From Octopus vulgaris (taxonomy: Eukaryota), in assembly GCA_951406725.2 (NCBI GenBank), contig OX597830.1, positions 28,954,001 through 29,018,000 of the forward strand: DNA of 64,000 nt. Direction: 5' to 3'. The position numbers and the translations under genes were made by a program. Shown here in pieces: positions 1 to 13,555 of the stretch (the stretch's first letter is position 1; each line of letters starts with the position of its first letter). Below the pieces are notes generated by a model. The model worked only from the letters and a program-made list of their open reading frames with translations, was not told where the DNA came from and did not search any database.

Positions 1-51
1 ATATATATATACATACATATATACATACATACATGCATACACACACACACA

Positions 52-92
<41 letters not shown>

Positions 93-179
93 TTATATAT
101 ATATGCATATATTTATATGTGTTAGTATATATATAAATATATATGAACTTATTTATTTATTTCTGTGTACATATATATA

Positions 180-239
<60 letters not shown>

Positions 240-400
240 CATGCAAATAAATATATTTAATCATACATGTTTATATAAATATGTAATAGTGTGTATGTTT
301 GTAATCATACATACACACACAAGTACACACGTATAAATTTTTAATTACATAGAATCACATGTGTATATATATATATATATGTATATATATATACATACAT
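1..400. repeat. (TA)n/(TACA)n/(CA)n compound microsatellite
   Basis: Direct reading. Similar tracts recur throughout the window (e.g. 887-963, 8341-8486, 17390-17895, 25807-26280, 39680-39965, 46600-47090). Confidence 0.95.
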
Positions 401-885
401 ATTCGTGAGAGCTGTTTTATGTTTGAAATGCATACATATGTTATTGTATGTGTCTACGTACGCCCGTGTGAGCATTTGTGTGTGTGTGTGTGTGTGCGTG
501 TGTGGTTTGGTTGTGTGTGAGTATTCGTGCGTGTGTCTTTCCTTCTTTCCTTCCTATCTCTTTACATGTATACTTTTAAATACGTTCACCTTTCGAGCTC
601 GCCATATTTCCCCCACCCCTCCTCATCCACCCTTCAGAAGTTCATAAATATTTACAAATATACATATCGTTTCACTTCCGATCTCTTACCACTCGGTGAG
701 AGTTCACTACATATGTTTTATCAGTGAACCGTGTCCATTTGCGAAAAACTTAATCTGTACTAACTGTTCATTTCCTTCTGATACGGAAGACTGATCTTCG
801 ATATTCTATTGCTTGTTTTTCGACATTAAATTTTAATTTATATAATCATGTTTTCCTTTCATTTTGTTGTACTAGATCACATCAG

Positions 886-967
<82 letters not shown>

Positions 968-1760
968 TAAATTACTTAGCAAGAAAAGCATTGCTTGTTT
1001 ATATTTTATTTGAAAATCAAGGGAGGGATTGTTCATATTTTGTCTCAAAATCAAATCGGTGCCTTGTTTATATTTTGTCTGATATCAGGAATCCTTAGTT
1101 TATATTGGTGAATTCGAAGCATGAATTTTCTGAACATAATTTCACACCGAATATAGTAATCAAGTGCTCATTAGCTGTAAAAACAAATGTAAGAACATGA
1201 CATCTACTGCTTCCTCAAGAAGGAATTAGACGCAACGATATATGTAAGTTGTCACGGATTGAGTCTTGTAGTCAAAGACATTACCACCCAAGGCGTAGAT
1301 AATTATAGTTCTGGCCATCGATTTTTATATATACATACACCAAAGTAAATGGGCTTAAAATTCAACATCTTGGTTTATATAGTTGTCGGTTTTATCTACG
1401 TCAAGAGTATATATTACGACTTTCGAGGTATTAGTGTCGGATGTAAAACTTACATGACTCTTCCTTATCCACCAAGCAATATTAAGTTGCACTTGCTAAC
1501 ACGGTGTGATGCTGAGAATGTCGCAAATACTAATACCAGATGCATATTTCCATTTGTATCGATGCCACAACAGATCTAACACGCAAAGATATACGCGGAA
1601 CGCATACACATACTCTCATACCCACACACACTCACAAACACACAAACACATACATACATACATACATACATACATACATACATACATACATTACACATAT
1701 ATATGAATCTATCTATCTACCTATCTATCTATCTTTCTCTCACCACACACACACACACAA

Positions 1761-1799
<39 letters not shown>

Positions 1800-2052
1800 T
1801 AGTCGCAGATGTGGCTTTGTGGGAAGAAGTATCTCGTATCTGAGGTGGGTAGGAATCAGCCCCTTTTGCTATCATTCCTAGGTCACCTATTACGACATGT
1901 ATTGATTTAGTCTTGAGGTTCCATATTTTGCCAATTTCTATTTCAAGATCTTTATACTTGCTCAGTTTTTGATAGGTCTTGAGACATACATTTATGTCGA
2001 TTGGGACAGTCACATAAATGAAGGGGCATGGTTTTTGTCTGCTCTTTCAATA
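1800..2052 (-). mobile_element. R4/Dong-like non-LTR retrotransposon fragment, RLE endonuclease region
   Basis: ORF 1729-2013 reads TVPIDINVCLKTYQKLSKYKDLEIEIGKIWNLKTKSIHVVIGDLGMI, the K..KY.DL...W....PVVIGALG pattern of RLE-clade C-termini. Near-identical to the copy at 60894-61320. Confidence 0.8.
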
Positions 2053-2917
<865 letters not shown>

Positions 2918-3360
2918 GAGTGAGAGAGCAGTGCATGCCATCAAAGTGACACTGGGATAAAATATACAAAGCCCAGTATACCCATCATGACTACCCGTCT
3001 AATAAGGGTACACTAGACACATGCATCACAACCATATGTGCGCGATATGGTGATCTCATATGAAGATAAACAGCACATGACCTTGCAAGTAGGGCCCAGT
3101 TAGAATTTTCTTCTGGTCGAGTAACCCATCCCACTCAAAAGGTCCTTGAATAAGGGTTATTTAAGGGTATTGAATGAAATACCCATGTTTCCAGAGGTGA
3201 ATTATTTAAACCCCAAATAATTCCTCTAAACACATGGCTATGATGCTCTCCCACTACTTCTGCTTGTGATCAGAGATGCATATATCGTCAGCCACTATGG
3301 GACATGCTCAACAGGTTAAGGTCAAACAACTGACAAGCAAATCTGTAGTATTGAGCAGAA
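2918..3360 (-). mobile_element. Unclassified interspersed repeat with a fixed terminus (...gcatgcactgctctctcactc) abutting a trinucleotide tract
   Basis: A second, shorter copy lies on the opposite strand at 27311-27483 with the same terminus. This copy is flanked by (TTA)n on both sides. Confidence 0.65.
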
Positions 3361-3532
<172 letters not shown>

Positions 3533-4010
3533 TCGGCGGCGAGTTGACAGAATCATTAGAACGCCGGGCTTAGCATTATTTCGCCGTTCGCTACGTTCTT
3601 GGTTCAAATTCCGCTGAGATCAATTTTGCCTTTCATTCTTTCAGGATCGATAGCTTAAGTACAAGTGAAACACTGGAGTAAATGCAATCGACTAGCTCCC
3701 TCCCACGAAATTTCAGGTTTTGCGCCTTAAGTTTAAAGGATTATTATTATTGTTGTTGTGAGGGCGGCAATTTGGTAGAATCGTTAGAACGCCGGGCAAA
3801 ATGCATAAACTTAACCGCCTGTCGCTACGTTCTGAGTTGAAATTAGGACAAGGTCGATTTTGCATTAACCCTTTCGGGGTCAATCGATGTAATCGTCTAA
3901 TCCCTTCCCTTAAAATTTCAGACATTGTCACTATAGGAGAAAGGAATATCAATGAGCTAGCAGAATGTTCAGCTCTCTGGACAAAATGCTCAGCGGCAAT
4001 TCTTGTATCT
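3533..4010 (+). mobile_element. Cluster of 2-3 degenerate SINE family B copies
   Basis: Head ggcggcgag(c/t)tg(g/a)cagaatc(g/a)ttagaacgccggg and B-box-like gttcaaattcc at 3533 and 3762, with a partial third head near 3953. Confidence 0.7.
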
Positions 4011-4126
4011 TTTTGCTCTGCATATTCTTGAGTCTTTTTGCTTTGCATATTCGCGCAAAGTAGACTTCTAATCATCTTCATTCTTGAATGACGATATAAT
4101 ACGTATCACATAATGGGGTCGATGAG

Positions 4127-4149
<23 letters not shown>

Positions 4150-4158
<9 letters not shown>

Positions 4159-4543
4159 CCGTATTGTCTATGTGTGTGTGTATGTGTCTTCTAGGATTTC
4201 GAGCTTCCTCCATCCGATTGCGCTCAAATTTGATATGTAGATACCGACGGTATCAGGGCGTGTATGTCTTGAAAAAATCGATTCCAGGTAAGAATGCGAT
4301 CAACAAAGCCGTGGGAATGTGCATTTGTACGCGCAAGTGCATCAGCTGTTGCAATTGATACTACGTGTACGCGAGACAAAGTCTATCGTTATTTCTTCTT
4401 TTGCTGGTGTCTCAAATTTAGGTTAAATCAGCGTTTCGCAGAGGGGAGGCCAATGGGACGGTCGGACATGTTCTTTTGGGAAAATTTGGTTTAAACGTTT
4501 GACAACTCAGCACTGTCCATTGTGCGTGGGGCGTTTTGCTCGT
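4150..4543 (+). mobile_element. Helitron-like non-autonomous element (tentative)
   Basis: Starts tatataaaatccgtattgtctatgtgtg and includes ccgattgcgctcaaattt. Ends in a weak hairpin followed by ctcg|t (variant of CTAG|T). Confidence 0.4.
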
Positions 4544-4693
4544 AAATATATATATAAAAAAAATGAATACAAAATATATTAGAAACATCTAATTATTAAG
4601 ATTGAAAATGTATCAGAAAAGCCATTTCTATTCGATTTTTCAAATATATGATTCTGTATAAAGGACTTTCTATTTCTTATTCTTCTTCTTCTT

Positions 4694-4745
<52 letters not shown>

Positions 4746-4850
4746 ACACACATACACATGTACATATATGAATAAATAAATAGATAAATGCACACACACA
4801 CACATATATTTGTTTGCGCGTGTGTGTGTATGAGTAAAAGATTTTGATTG

Positions 4851-6347
4851 TACCAGGTTGGTGCAAAGCTAATGGCCGACATTTTTAGAAAATATTTTTA
4901 GAAAGTATTTTATTAAAATGTGCATCTTGCAATGTTTTAAGAATGTCACAATGAGTAAATTATACTTTTTTTTTTCAGATTCTGACTGTATTGGCCATAA
5001 TCCTCTGCTATATTCGCATCCATGTTCTTCCCCAAAATAGATCAAATTAAATATGTCTTTCTCTATGAATTTCATAAAGGCGTCAATGCAAGCACAGCAG
5101 CAAAGTCTCTTCGGAGAGATTATGGGGATGATGTAGTAAGTGAAAGAAGTTGCAGGAGATGGTTTACTCGTGTCAGAAGTGAGTTTGAGAGACGAGTCCA
5201 AAAAAGGTCGTTCAAAGTAACTTGCTTTCGAAGAGTTGGACACTTATCAAGAAAATATAACCACTATTTGTAGAGAACTTGCAGAATGTGTTTAAGGTAG
5301 CCGATACGATTATTCTACGCCAACTGAAAACTCGGAAAAATTTCAGTGGCAGGAAAATGGGTCCTACACGAACTGTCTCCAGAGAATCTGCAATTGCACG
5401 TTGTCTGTGGTCAGACGTTGCTTTCACGACACCTTAAGGAACCATTTTTAGGATGATGAGAAGTGGATCATTTACCATAACGTCAAACGCTGCCGATCGT
5501 GGATCAGTCGAGGAGGAAGATCTATTCAACAACTAAGAGGAGGACGTCATCCAAAGAAAGCCTTGTTGAGTCTATGGTTCGATATTGAAGGATATATATA
5601 TTTCTTTACTACACACAAGGGGCTAAGTACAGAGGGGACAAGCAAGGATAGACAAACGGATTAAGTCATTTACATCGACCCCAGTGCGTAACTGGTACTT
5701 AACTTATCGATCCCGAAAGGAGGAAAAGCAAAGTCGACCTCGGCGGAATTTGAACTCAGAACTTAACGGCAGACGAATTACGGCTACGCATTTCGCCCGG
5801 CATGCTAATGTTTCTGCCAGCTCGCCGCCTTCGATATTCAAGGATATAGTCTATTACGAAATGTTAAACAACAATCACACAATCACTTCTAATCTCTACT
5901 GTGATCAACTTCATCTATCTGAAAAGAAAGTGACCCTGCTTAATCAACAGAGAGGGTGTCATCTTCCACCATGATAATGCTCGTTTCACACAGCCTGATT
6001 GACAAAAGATTTCTTGGAAGCGCTTGGTTGGGAAATATAGCTTCATCCCCCATATTCCTCAGACCCTGTTCTTTCTGATTAGCACTTGTTTCGGGGACTA
6101 CAAAACCATTGGAACGGTCTTCGACAGACATCAAGGGAAGAGGCTGTAACTGAGTTGGATTCATATTTCGCATCAAACACTAAACAATTCTAAAATGGTG
6201 GGATTTATAAGCTTGATGACAGATGGAATGTTGTTCAAGAAGGCAAAGGGAAATTAATATTAATGGATTAATATTGTCTTAATCATGGGCGTTTTCATTT
6301 TTAATAGAGGCCGTAAAAGCGGTCATTACTTTTGCTCCAACCTGATA
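4851..6347 (+). mobile_element. Full-length decayed mariner (Tc1/mariner) transposon with SINE insertion
   Basis: TIRs ta-ccaggttggtgcaaagctaatggccg and its imperfect reverse complement cggtcattacttttgctccaacctga-ta. Transposase remnants: VFLYEFHKGVNASTAAKSLRRDYGDDVVSERSCRRWF (HTH), GKWVLHEL, DDEKWIIYHNVKR, HPKKALLSLWFD, IFHHDNAR, HPPYSPD. About 1.25 kb after removing the SINE. Confidence 0.92.
5597..5829 (-). mobile_element. SINE family B, full length, inserted in the mariner transposase
   Basis: Matches the copies at 30512 and 34536. 19-bp TSD ttcgatatt(g/c)aaggatata at 5578-5596 and 5830-5848. Confidence 0.92.
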
Positions 6348-6460
6348 GATTTATACAAATACATCTACATATATACGTTTATTTTCTGAATGCAGCGCAA
6401 AATTCTGTCCTTTGTGCAAGCTTCCATGTTGGTATGCGCATATAAATATAAATAAATATA

Positions 6461-6548
<88 letters not shown>

Positions 6549-6792
6549 CATATAGATGTACATATATACATACATCACACACACATATATATATGTGCGT
6601 GTATAAGTGTGTGTGCGCGTGTATGTATGTATCTATATACGTTTCAATATACTTGTACATGTATGAAACACGAGAGGTTATGTCATCTTTGTTCAAAACG
6701 TCTTTGTTGGCAGCTGCGTCTCATCGAATGAATTATTCATAAGAACTCAACCAAGGCAAAAAGATAATCTAAAAAGACCAACAAGTAGAAAT

Positions 6793-7176
<384 letters not shown>

Positions 7177-8296
7177 TTTGCAGTCTGTTAAATCAAAAAA
7201 AAATATTTTGAGTTGAAATTAAAGTAGGTAAGGAAACTATAGAAAAAAAAAGCACGACGGCTGATGAGCGTAACTTACTGACTGCTTTTGGTGTCTTAGT
7301 GTCTATGAAAATGAAAAGCAAGTAACTACCTTAAAGGCAGAAGATGTTTCTGTAGGTATGAAACTGTGAAGCACTTCACTCTACCCCACATCAACGACTG
7401 ATGAAGGGAATGTTACACCTATGAAGCATATGAAAATTTAATTATCTGTTACTAACTTCGTCAGATTTCGGGTGGATTAAGCACTAATCTCCTATTTATT
7501 GACTACGTTTGCTAGTCTCAAAGGGATATAATTTCATAAGTGAGTATATTTGTTGTTATTTTTGTTTGAAGTTATTTTGTGTTCATATACTTTGTATGTT
7601 TTTTTTTTATTTAACACATCGTAAAAGAAAAAAAAAACAAGACATAGAGTGTGTGATGGTGGAAGGTGATAATGATATTATAGTTAAAAAGTTGAAGTAT
7701 ATCTCGAGTCCACAAGCCAGGTCGGCCGGAGCCTCACCCTGTTTGTGTGAAGATTGGTCGGTTGAAATTACAAGACACCAGCCCGATGTAGTAGATCTGA
7801 CGCGAGTCTGACGCGGGTCTGGTGCGGGTCGACGCAGGTTTAATACCCCGTTGTTGCTACTGGTATCCATTTTCAGCTAGAAAGTCGGTAGATCTAAACA
7901 CGAAATCACGCGACTTCATAATAAAACAACTCTCTTTATCTAACCATCTGCGCCAAGAGACGAGCTTCTGAAAAGTAGGAAAAAAATTCGGATCTTGATT
8001 TTACAGGGTTTAATACGATTTAGATACTCGAGCAGACCCTTCTTTGTCTAAACAATAACGGAAAAAAGGTACCGAGCTTCATGGCGCATTCGGAAGGATA
8101 AGCAAACGTGTTAAAGTATAGGATGATGAAATGCTACTCGCGCTCCAGTGGCAAGTAAAATGTTTTGTCATACATAACGCTGTTTCAAAATACGCATGTT
8201 TCAGCTTCATCTTTCGCCTTTCGGGGGTCGATGAATAAGCACTACAATTTAAAGCTTGCTTTTTCTCTCTCCCTAACTCACTTAAATTCCCTCTCA

Positions 8297-8335
<39 letters not shown>

Positions 8336-8349
8336 TCTTTCTATATATA

Positions 8350-8470
<121 letters not shown>

Positions 8471-8487
8471 ATATATATATATATATA

Positions 8488-8822
8488 GGCGCAGGAGTGG
8501 CTGTGTGGTAAGTAGCTTGCTAACCAGCCACATGGTTCCGGGTTCAGTCCCACTGCGTGGCATCTTGGGCAAGTGTCTTCTACTATAGCCCCGGGCCGAC
8601 CAATGCCTTGTGAGTGGATTTGGTAGACGGAAACTGAAAGAAGCCTGTCGTGTGTGCGTGGTTGTATGTCTGTGTTGGTCCCCCTAGCATTGCTTAACAA
8701 CCGATGCTGGTGTGTTTACGTCCCCGTAAAGAGACCGATAGAATAAGTACTGGGCTTATTATAAGAATAAGACCCGGGGTCGATTTGCTCGACTAAAATC
8801 AAATGACTGAAAAGAGTAAAAG
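8488..8822 (+). mobile_element. tRNA-derived SINE family A (internal deletions)
   Basis: Head ggcgcaggagtggctgtgtggtaag...ccgggttcagtcccactgcg with A/B-box-like motifs; tail gtcaaatgactgaaaagagtaaaag. Homologous to 42883-43294. Confidence 0.9.
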
Positions 8823-8849
8823 ATATATATATATATATAACGTGTACAG

Positions 8850-8956
<107 letters not shown>

Positions 8957-9434
8957 TATTAATTAAGGTGGCTAGACGCAATTTAAAACCAAAACGAAAC
9001 TAACTGACCGTCACTACAAAGTCACCATCGGTGCAGGGACCACCGCGACAAAAACAAAAAAGTACACGTTCTATTTAACTGACAAGGGAAACATACATTC
9101 GTACATACAAATATATATATATCGGGAAATGTTTTGTTAAAAATGCATCTAAATGTCAAAACCTCGTAAATGTTTAACATACATTTATTTACATATATAC
9201 CAAACTAGTTTTGGCAATGTTTTTTGTTTATCAATGGTAAAAGTTCCAATTATGAATTACAAAAACATGTTTAAAAAATTTCAATATTGACAAATCAAAA
9301 TGTTTCAATGTTGAAAAATTAAACATGTTCAAAACAGATAAATTTACCATTAGGAATCAGGAGGACAGGTGTCAGTTTGAATGTAAATAATATTAAGACT
9401 GTATATCAATTTGTTTGAATATATATATATATAT

Positions 9435-9728
9435 ATCACGTGACCATCACGTGACCGACCAGTCCATCAGATGTAGTTACACATCGCTGGTCACAATGCG
9501 TTCACATTGTTTTAGCCTTCGAATGACGCCACCCCGCTGGCTAAGCGAGCAGGCCAACAGAAGAAAGAGTGGTGAAAGAGTACAGCAGGGATCACCACGC
9601 CCTGCCGGAGCCTCGTGGAGCTTTTAGGTGTTTTCGCTCAATAAACACTCACAACGCTCGGTCTGGGAATCGAAACCGCGATCCTACCACCGCGAGTCCG
9701 CTGCCCTAACCACTAGGCCATTGCGCCT

Positions 9729-9730
<2 letters not shown>
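9435..9730 (-). mobile_element. tRNA-derived SINE family C
   Basis: Minus strand starts ggaggcgcaaTGGCCTAGTGGttagggcagcggactcgcgg...GGTTTCGATTCC and ends in a tandem (ggtcacgtgat)x2 tail. Confidence 0.85.
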
Positions 9731-9822
<92 letters not shown>

Positions 9823-10039
9823 ATCTATGTTTGTATGTATGTATGTATGCATGCCCGTATGCATATATGGGTAGTGGGCGCCACGAACAGTAAACAACAT
9901 GAAATGTGCAAACAAATGAATTCAATACGCAAGCAACTATAGAAACAAATGGAAAACAGGACAATGAACAGTATGAACGACCCGTCATCAGTTGTCGGCA
10001 GTCTGTCTACTGCTGATTTCGAGCATTGGACGACTTGAC

Positions 10040-10208
10040 CACAAGTTATGTTTGTTCTCACTCTGTATATTTCCTCGTCTACCTTTCTGTTTAGGAGCAT
10101 AGGTTCGAAACGTAAAAGACTTTCTCACCATTCCCGAGCGTCAAATTATCATACCTTCTTGTTGTTTATGCACCAGTATTCGTCTTTTCATTTTCTGTAA
10201 ATTTCAAC
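10040..10208 (+). mobile_element. Short element with degenerate minimal hammerhead motif, ending at (TA)n
   Basis: 10083-10118: cttt-CTGTTTA-g-gagc.atag.gttc-GAAA-cg-TA-aaag. Homologous to 29620-29832 and 35450-35600. Confidence 0.6.
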
Positions 10209-10264
10209 TATATATATATATATATATACACAAAAATATATGCATATATATATATATCCACACC

Positions 10265-10299
<35 letters not shown>

Positions 10300-10381
10300 T
10301 TGTGTGAGTGTGTGTATATATATTTATATATTTGTGTGTATTATCTATCTAATGATATTTGTCTACACATACACATACATA

Positions 10382-10650
10382 TACGTTGTCTGATCAAAAA
10401 TTATCCGGACTGTTGTCATAGTAACGAACCTAAACCACTCAGTGCAAAGCCGCTTGGCTCAGATTGACTTCGAAATCTGCTTTTCGTGCTCACTAACTTT
10501 TAGCTTCTAACTCACTTCCGCTTAGAAGAAAGGTGTATAGCGTGTGATCATTGCATTGACAATGAGAGAGAAAGCTGAGCAGAAAGTCTGCATCAAATTT
10601 TGCAAAAACCTTGGCGATACTTGCTAAGAGGCTTATACAAAGTTTTCAAA
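10382..10650 (+). mobile_element. mariner 5' fragment
   Basis: TIR-like tacgttgtctgatcaaaaattatccggact, then EQKVCIKFCKNLGDTC*EAYTK, resembling a mariner N-terminus. Confidence 0.65.
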
Positions 10651-10719
10651 AAGTTTTCATCGATCTCGAAATAATAAAGATTTTGTGCAACTGAAACTTC
10701 AGTGACTTCTTGGACAGCT

Positions 10720-11190
10720 GAAAGCAGGTTTGGCAGACACGCGTCTCGTACCAATATCTTCTATGATAATGGACTGATCTGAACCAGATTTTTCCAGATG
10801 TATATCATTGCTTATCTTTTCCACCTTCTTTCTATGAAACATACTCCCATTTGCGGACATACCGCATTGAGACAATCTACTATATGTAGCTTCACTGGAT
10901 TGCTTCGAGTTCCGTTCTTAATTTCACACGGTATGGTGATATTTGGAAGCAGGAGTCTAAATGGCTGCGGACAAATATCTTAGAGATGACCTTCAAAATT
11001 TCCTGTTCTTTTGTTCTGAATGTGCTACGAATCCAGCCGTCTACATTTTAATGCCAACTTAATAATATTCTTCGAGAAAGATGCATCATTACTAATGTCA
11101 ATGCCCAGCTCACGCACTGATTTTAATTCAGGGATTACAATCGCTTCTGTGCCAGTGTTTCCTGTCTGCACTTCATTCAACTTCGTGATG
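10720..11190 (-). mobile_element. CR1/L2-like LINE RT C-terminal fragment
   Basis: VRELGIDISNDASFSKNIIKLALKCRRL, then ERRWKR*AMIYIWK, which overlaps the YAIMYIWKIL start of the 44082 copy. Confidence 0.75.
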
Positions 11191-11414
11191 CAGTACGACC
11201 GTTTCGAATATATATATATATATTGTTTTATTTCAGGACTATCATTTTTTCTTTTTTGGCAAATACACACGTGCAATATCTATTTTCTCCTCATCCGTTT
11301 ATTACCTTCACATCAGGAATCTTGCAAAACGAATTGATAAACGTGTACAGACATATACACACACTCACATGTATATACGTATACACACACACATACACAC
11401 ACAGACACGCATTA

Positions 11415-11830
11415 CAATGTGAAGTGTTGCCAAATTTTTCTACTGATGCGGAAGTAAAAAATTAGCCGCACTTTCACCATAATATATTGTCACATTGTCA
11501 CATTGTGTTCTGCGCATGTGTGCTTACAGCTGGTACTGTTATGATCACGTGATCGAAGTTTGAGCGTGTTTGCTTCATTTTTCTCTGTGGCTTTACAGTG
11601 TAAGCATGGCTGCTCCAATATCTATGTGCACCAAAGAAGAACAAAGAGCAGTGATCCGATTTCTCTGGCTGGAATGTGTGTCAGTTGCTGAGATTCATCG
11701 GAGACTTCTAGTACAATACGTGGAAAGTGCACAACCGCGTAGAAATGTGCATGAGTTGATCGAAATAGTTTAAAAGTGGCTGGACAGGTATGACGCACGG
11801 AGAGGGAGCAGGACGCCCGTCAATCTCAGG
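11415..11830 (+). mobile_element. mariner 5' fragment (second family)
   Basis: CTKEEQRAVIRFLWLECVSVAEIHRRLLVQYVESAQPRRNVHELIE is a mariner HTH; a frameshifted EGAGRPS follows. Confidence 0.8.
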
Positions 11831-13047
11831 AAGGTCGAGAGACGGTAATGGTGAAACGGTTCACCATTACCATCTCTCTGCTCATTACCCTATGTTCTTT
11901 GGTGCACATTGCTTACGTTGTAAAGCCAGGAGGAAAAATGGTATGATCAGGCTCAAATTGTGATCACATGACCCCAATAGTACCAACTATATACACGCAT
12001 GCGCAGAAGGCAGTGTGACAATAATAAAGATATATTATGGCGAAAGTCCGGATTCCTTTTGGCATCCCACGTATATATATATATAAAACACATGTACACG
12101 CATATTTTCATAAACATCTGCATATGCCAAATCAGAACCAAATGTATATTAATGTATGTCACATATAACGGAAAAATAAAACATATCCGCCCTCTGAAAA
12201 GGGTGGCGACCCCATACACTAAAATCATGCCTCCACCCCCACTCGCTCTTTGATTCTAACGATCTCTGAACAAATGTACTTTTCATGGGCGTACGCAAAT
12301 ACGAAGTGAAAAATCCTCCACCCTCACTTGCGAGTTAATGATTGTCTGGCTAACACATTAACTGTAATGAGCTATAATAGGCTGCATTTCTAATCTCCTG
12401 AAAGCGGATCTATTTCAACAAGTAGTAATGTCATTCTTGAAGAAAGATAAACTTTGATCAATCTTATAAAATCATGAAACTTGAGTACCCCTGAATAAAC
12501 TGTACCCAGTTTAAAATTGTACATAGCTGTCATCAAATTTGTATTTCATTCTTTGTAATATGTTTGTTTAATGAATGCATCTTACTGGGACGGTTGATCG
12601 TGAGTACATATACTTATCACTATGTTGTCACATAAAGCCAGATAAAGATTACGTTATACATTTTCGAGTTCCTTTTACAAAATCTCCCGCTGTTTTCATA
12701 AGTATGTGATTTGTAAAAGTTTAGTAAATACACTTAGGGCTGCATTTGATATAAGCGGGCAGAGAGCTTATTATTTTGATTAAAATAATAATGAGGATTT
12801 CTAAATCAGACACAGGATCTTAACAGGATATCTAAATCTGGCACAGGATCCCATTTTCTCAAAACCCCAAAACTTGAAGACAAGTTAGACAGCGGAAGAA
12901 TTTGATCAAAGCGCTATGAAGGATTTTGCACACTATTTTATGGTTCCTAACATAGCCAACTGATCATATATATAACTAAGCATAATTGCCTCTGTATGTG
13001 TGTGCAAATATTTATGCATATATACAAAGGTACATTTGTATATATAA

Positions 13048-13117
<70 letters not shown>

Positions 13118-13239
13118 GTATGTGTGTATGTGTGTGTATATGTGTATGTCCTGAAATTAAGCAACACTGAACCTAGTTAGAACTTCGATGTGTGAGCACT
13201 TTAGAAGCATAGGTGCTGTAAGCATCTCTCACTTTAAGT

Positions 13240-13555
13240 GAAGGCGCATGGCCCAGCGTTTTGAGTGTCGGGCTCACAAATATGAGGTAGTGAGTTTGAT
13301 TCCTGATCCGGACTGTGGGTTGTGTTCTTGAGCAAGACACTTCATATCCCTTTGTTCCAGTTTAGTCAGCTGTAGAATTGAGTGCCAACCTGTACCGACT
13401 TTGCCTTTGCCTTCAATAACATCAGTGGCAAAAAAGGAGAAGCTGGTATGCATGGGCGAGTGATGGTTTTGCATAAACCACCTTTCCCGGATTCTTGTCT
13501 TGGACGGGAAGTTTCCAGGTGCAATCCCATGGACATTCATGAGCAAAGGGGTGCT
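13240..13555 (+). mobile_element. Old tRNA-derived SINE with conserved central domain
   Basis: Degenerate tRNA head (ggcgcatggcccagcg...gagtttgattcc) followed by ttgtgttcttgagcaagacact, a motif typical of metazoan SINE central domains. Confidence 0.6.

Noticed and set aside
7255-7440. Two CTGATGA motifs (7261, 7398), with similar ones near 9985 (minus), 29326 and 61655 (minus)
   Set aside because: I could not complete helix I/III with a properly placed GAAA and UH. They are possibly decayed long-stem hammerheads but are unsupported.
7795-7840. Four degenerate copies of an 11-bp GC-rich repeat (tctgacgcggg); also short duplications at 2696-2760, 12798-12852 and 13825-13878
   Set aside because: Ordinary slippage duplications with no further structure.
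9660-9730. tRNA-like sequences (also 20930-20990, 52965-53037 and the family A and B heads)
   Set aside because: They continue into SINE bodies and lack a complete acceptor stem, so they are not called tRNA genes.
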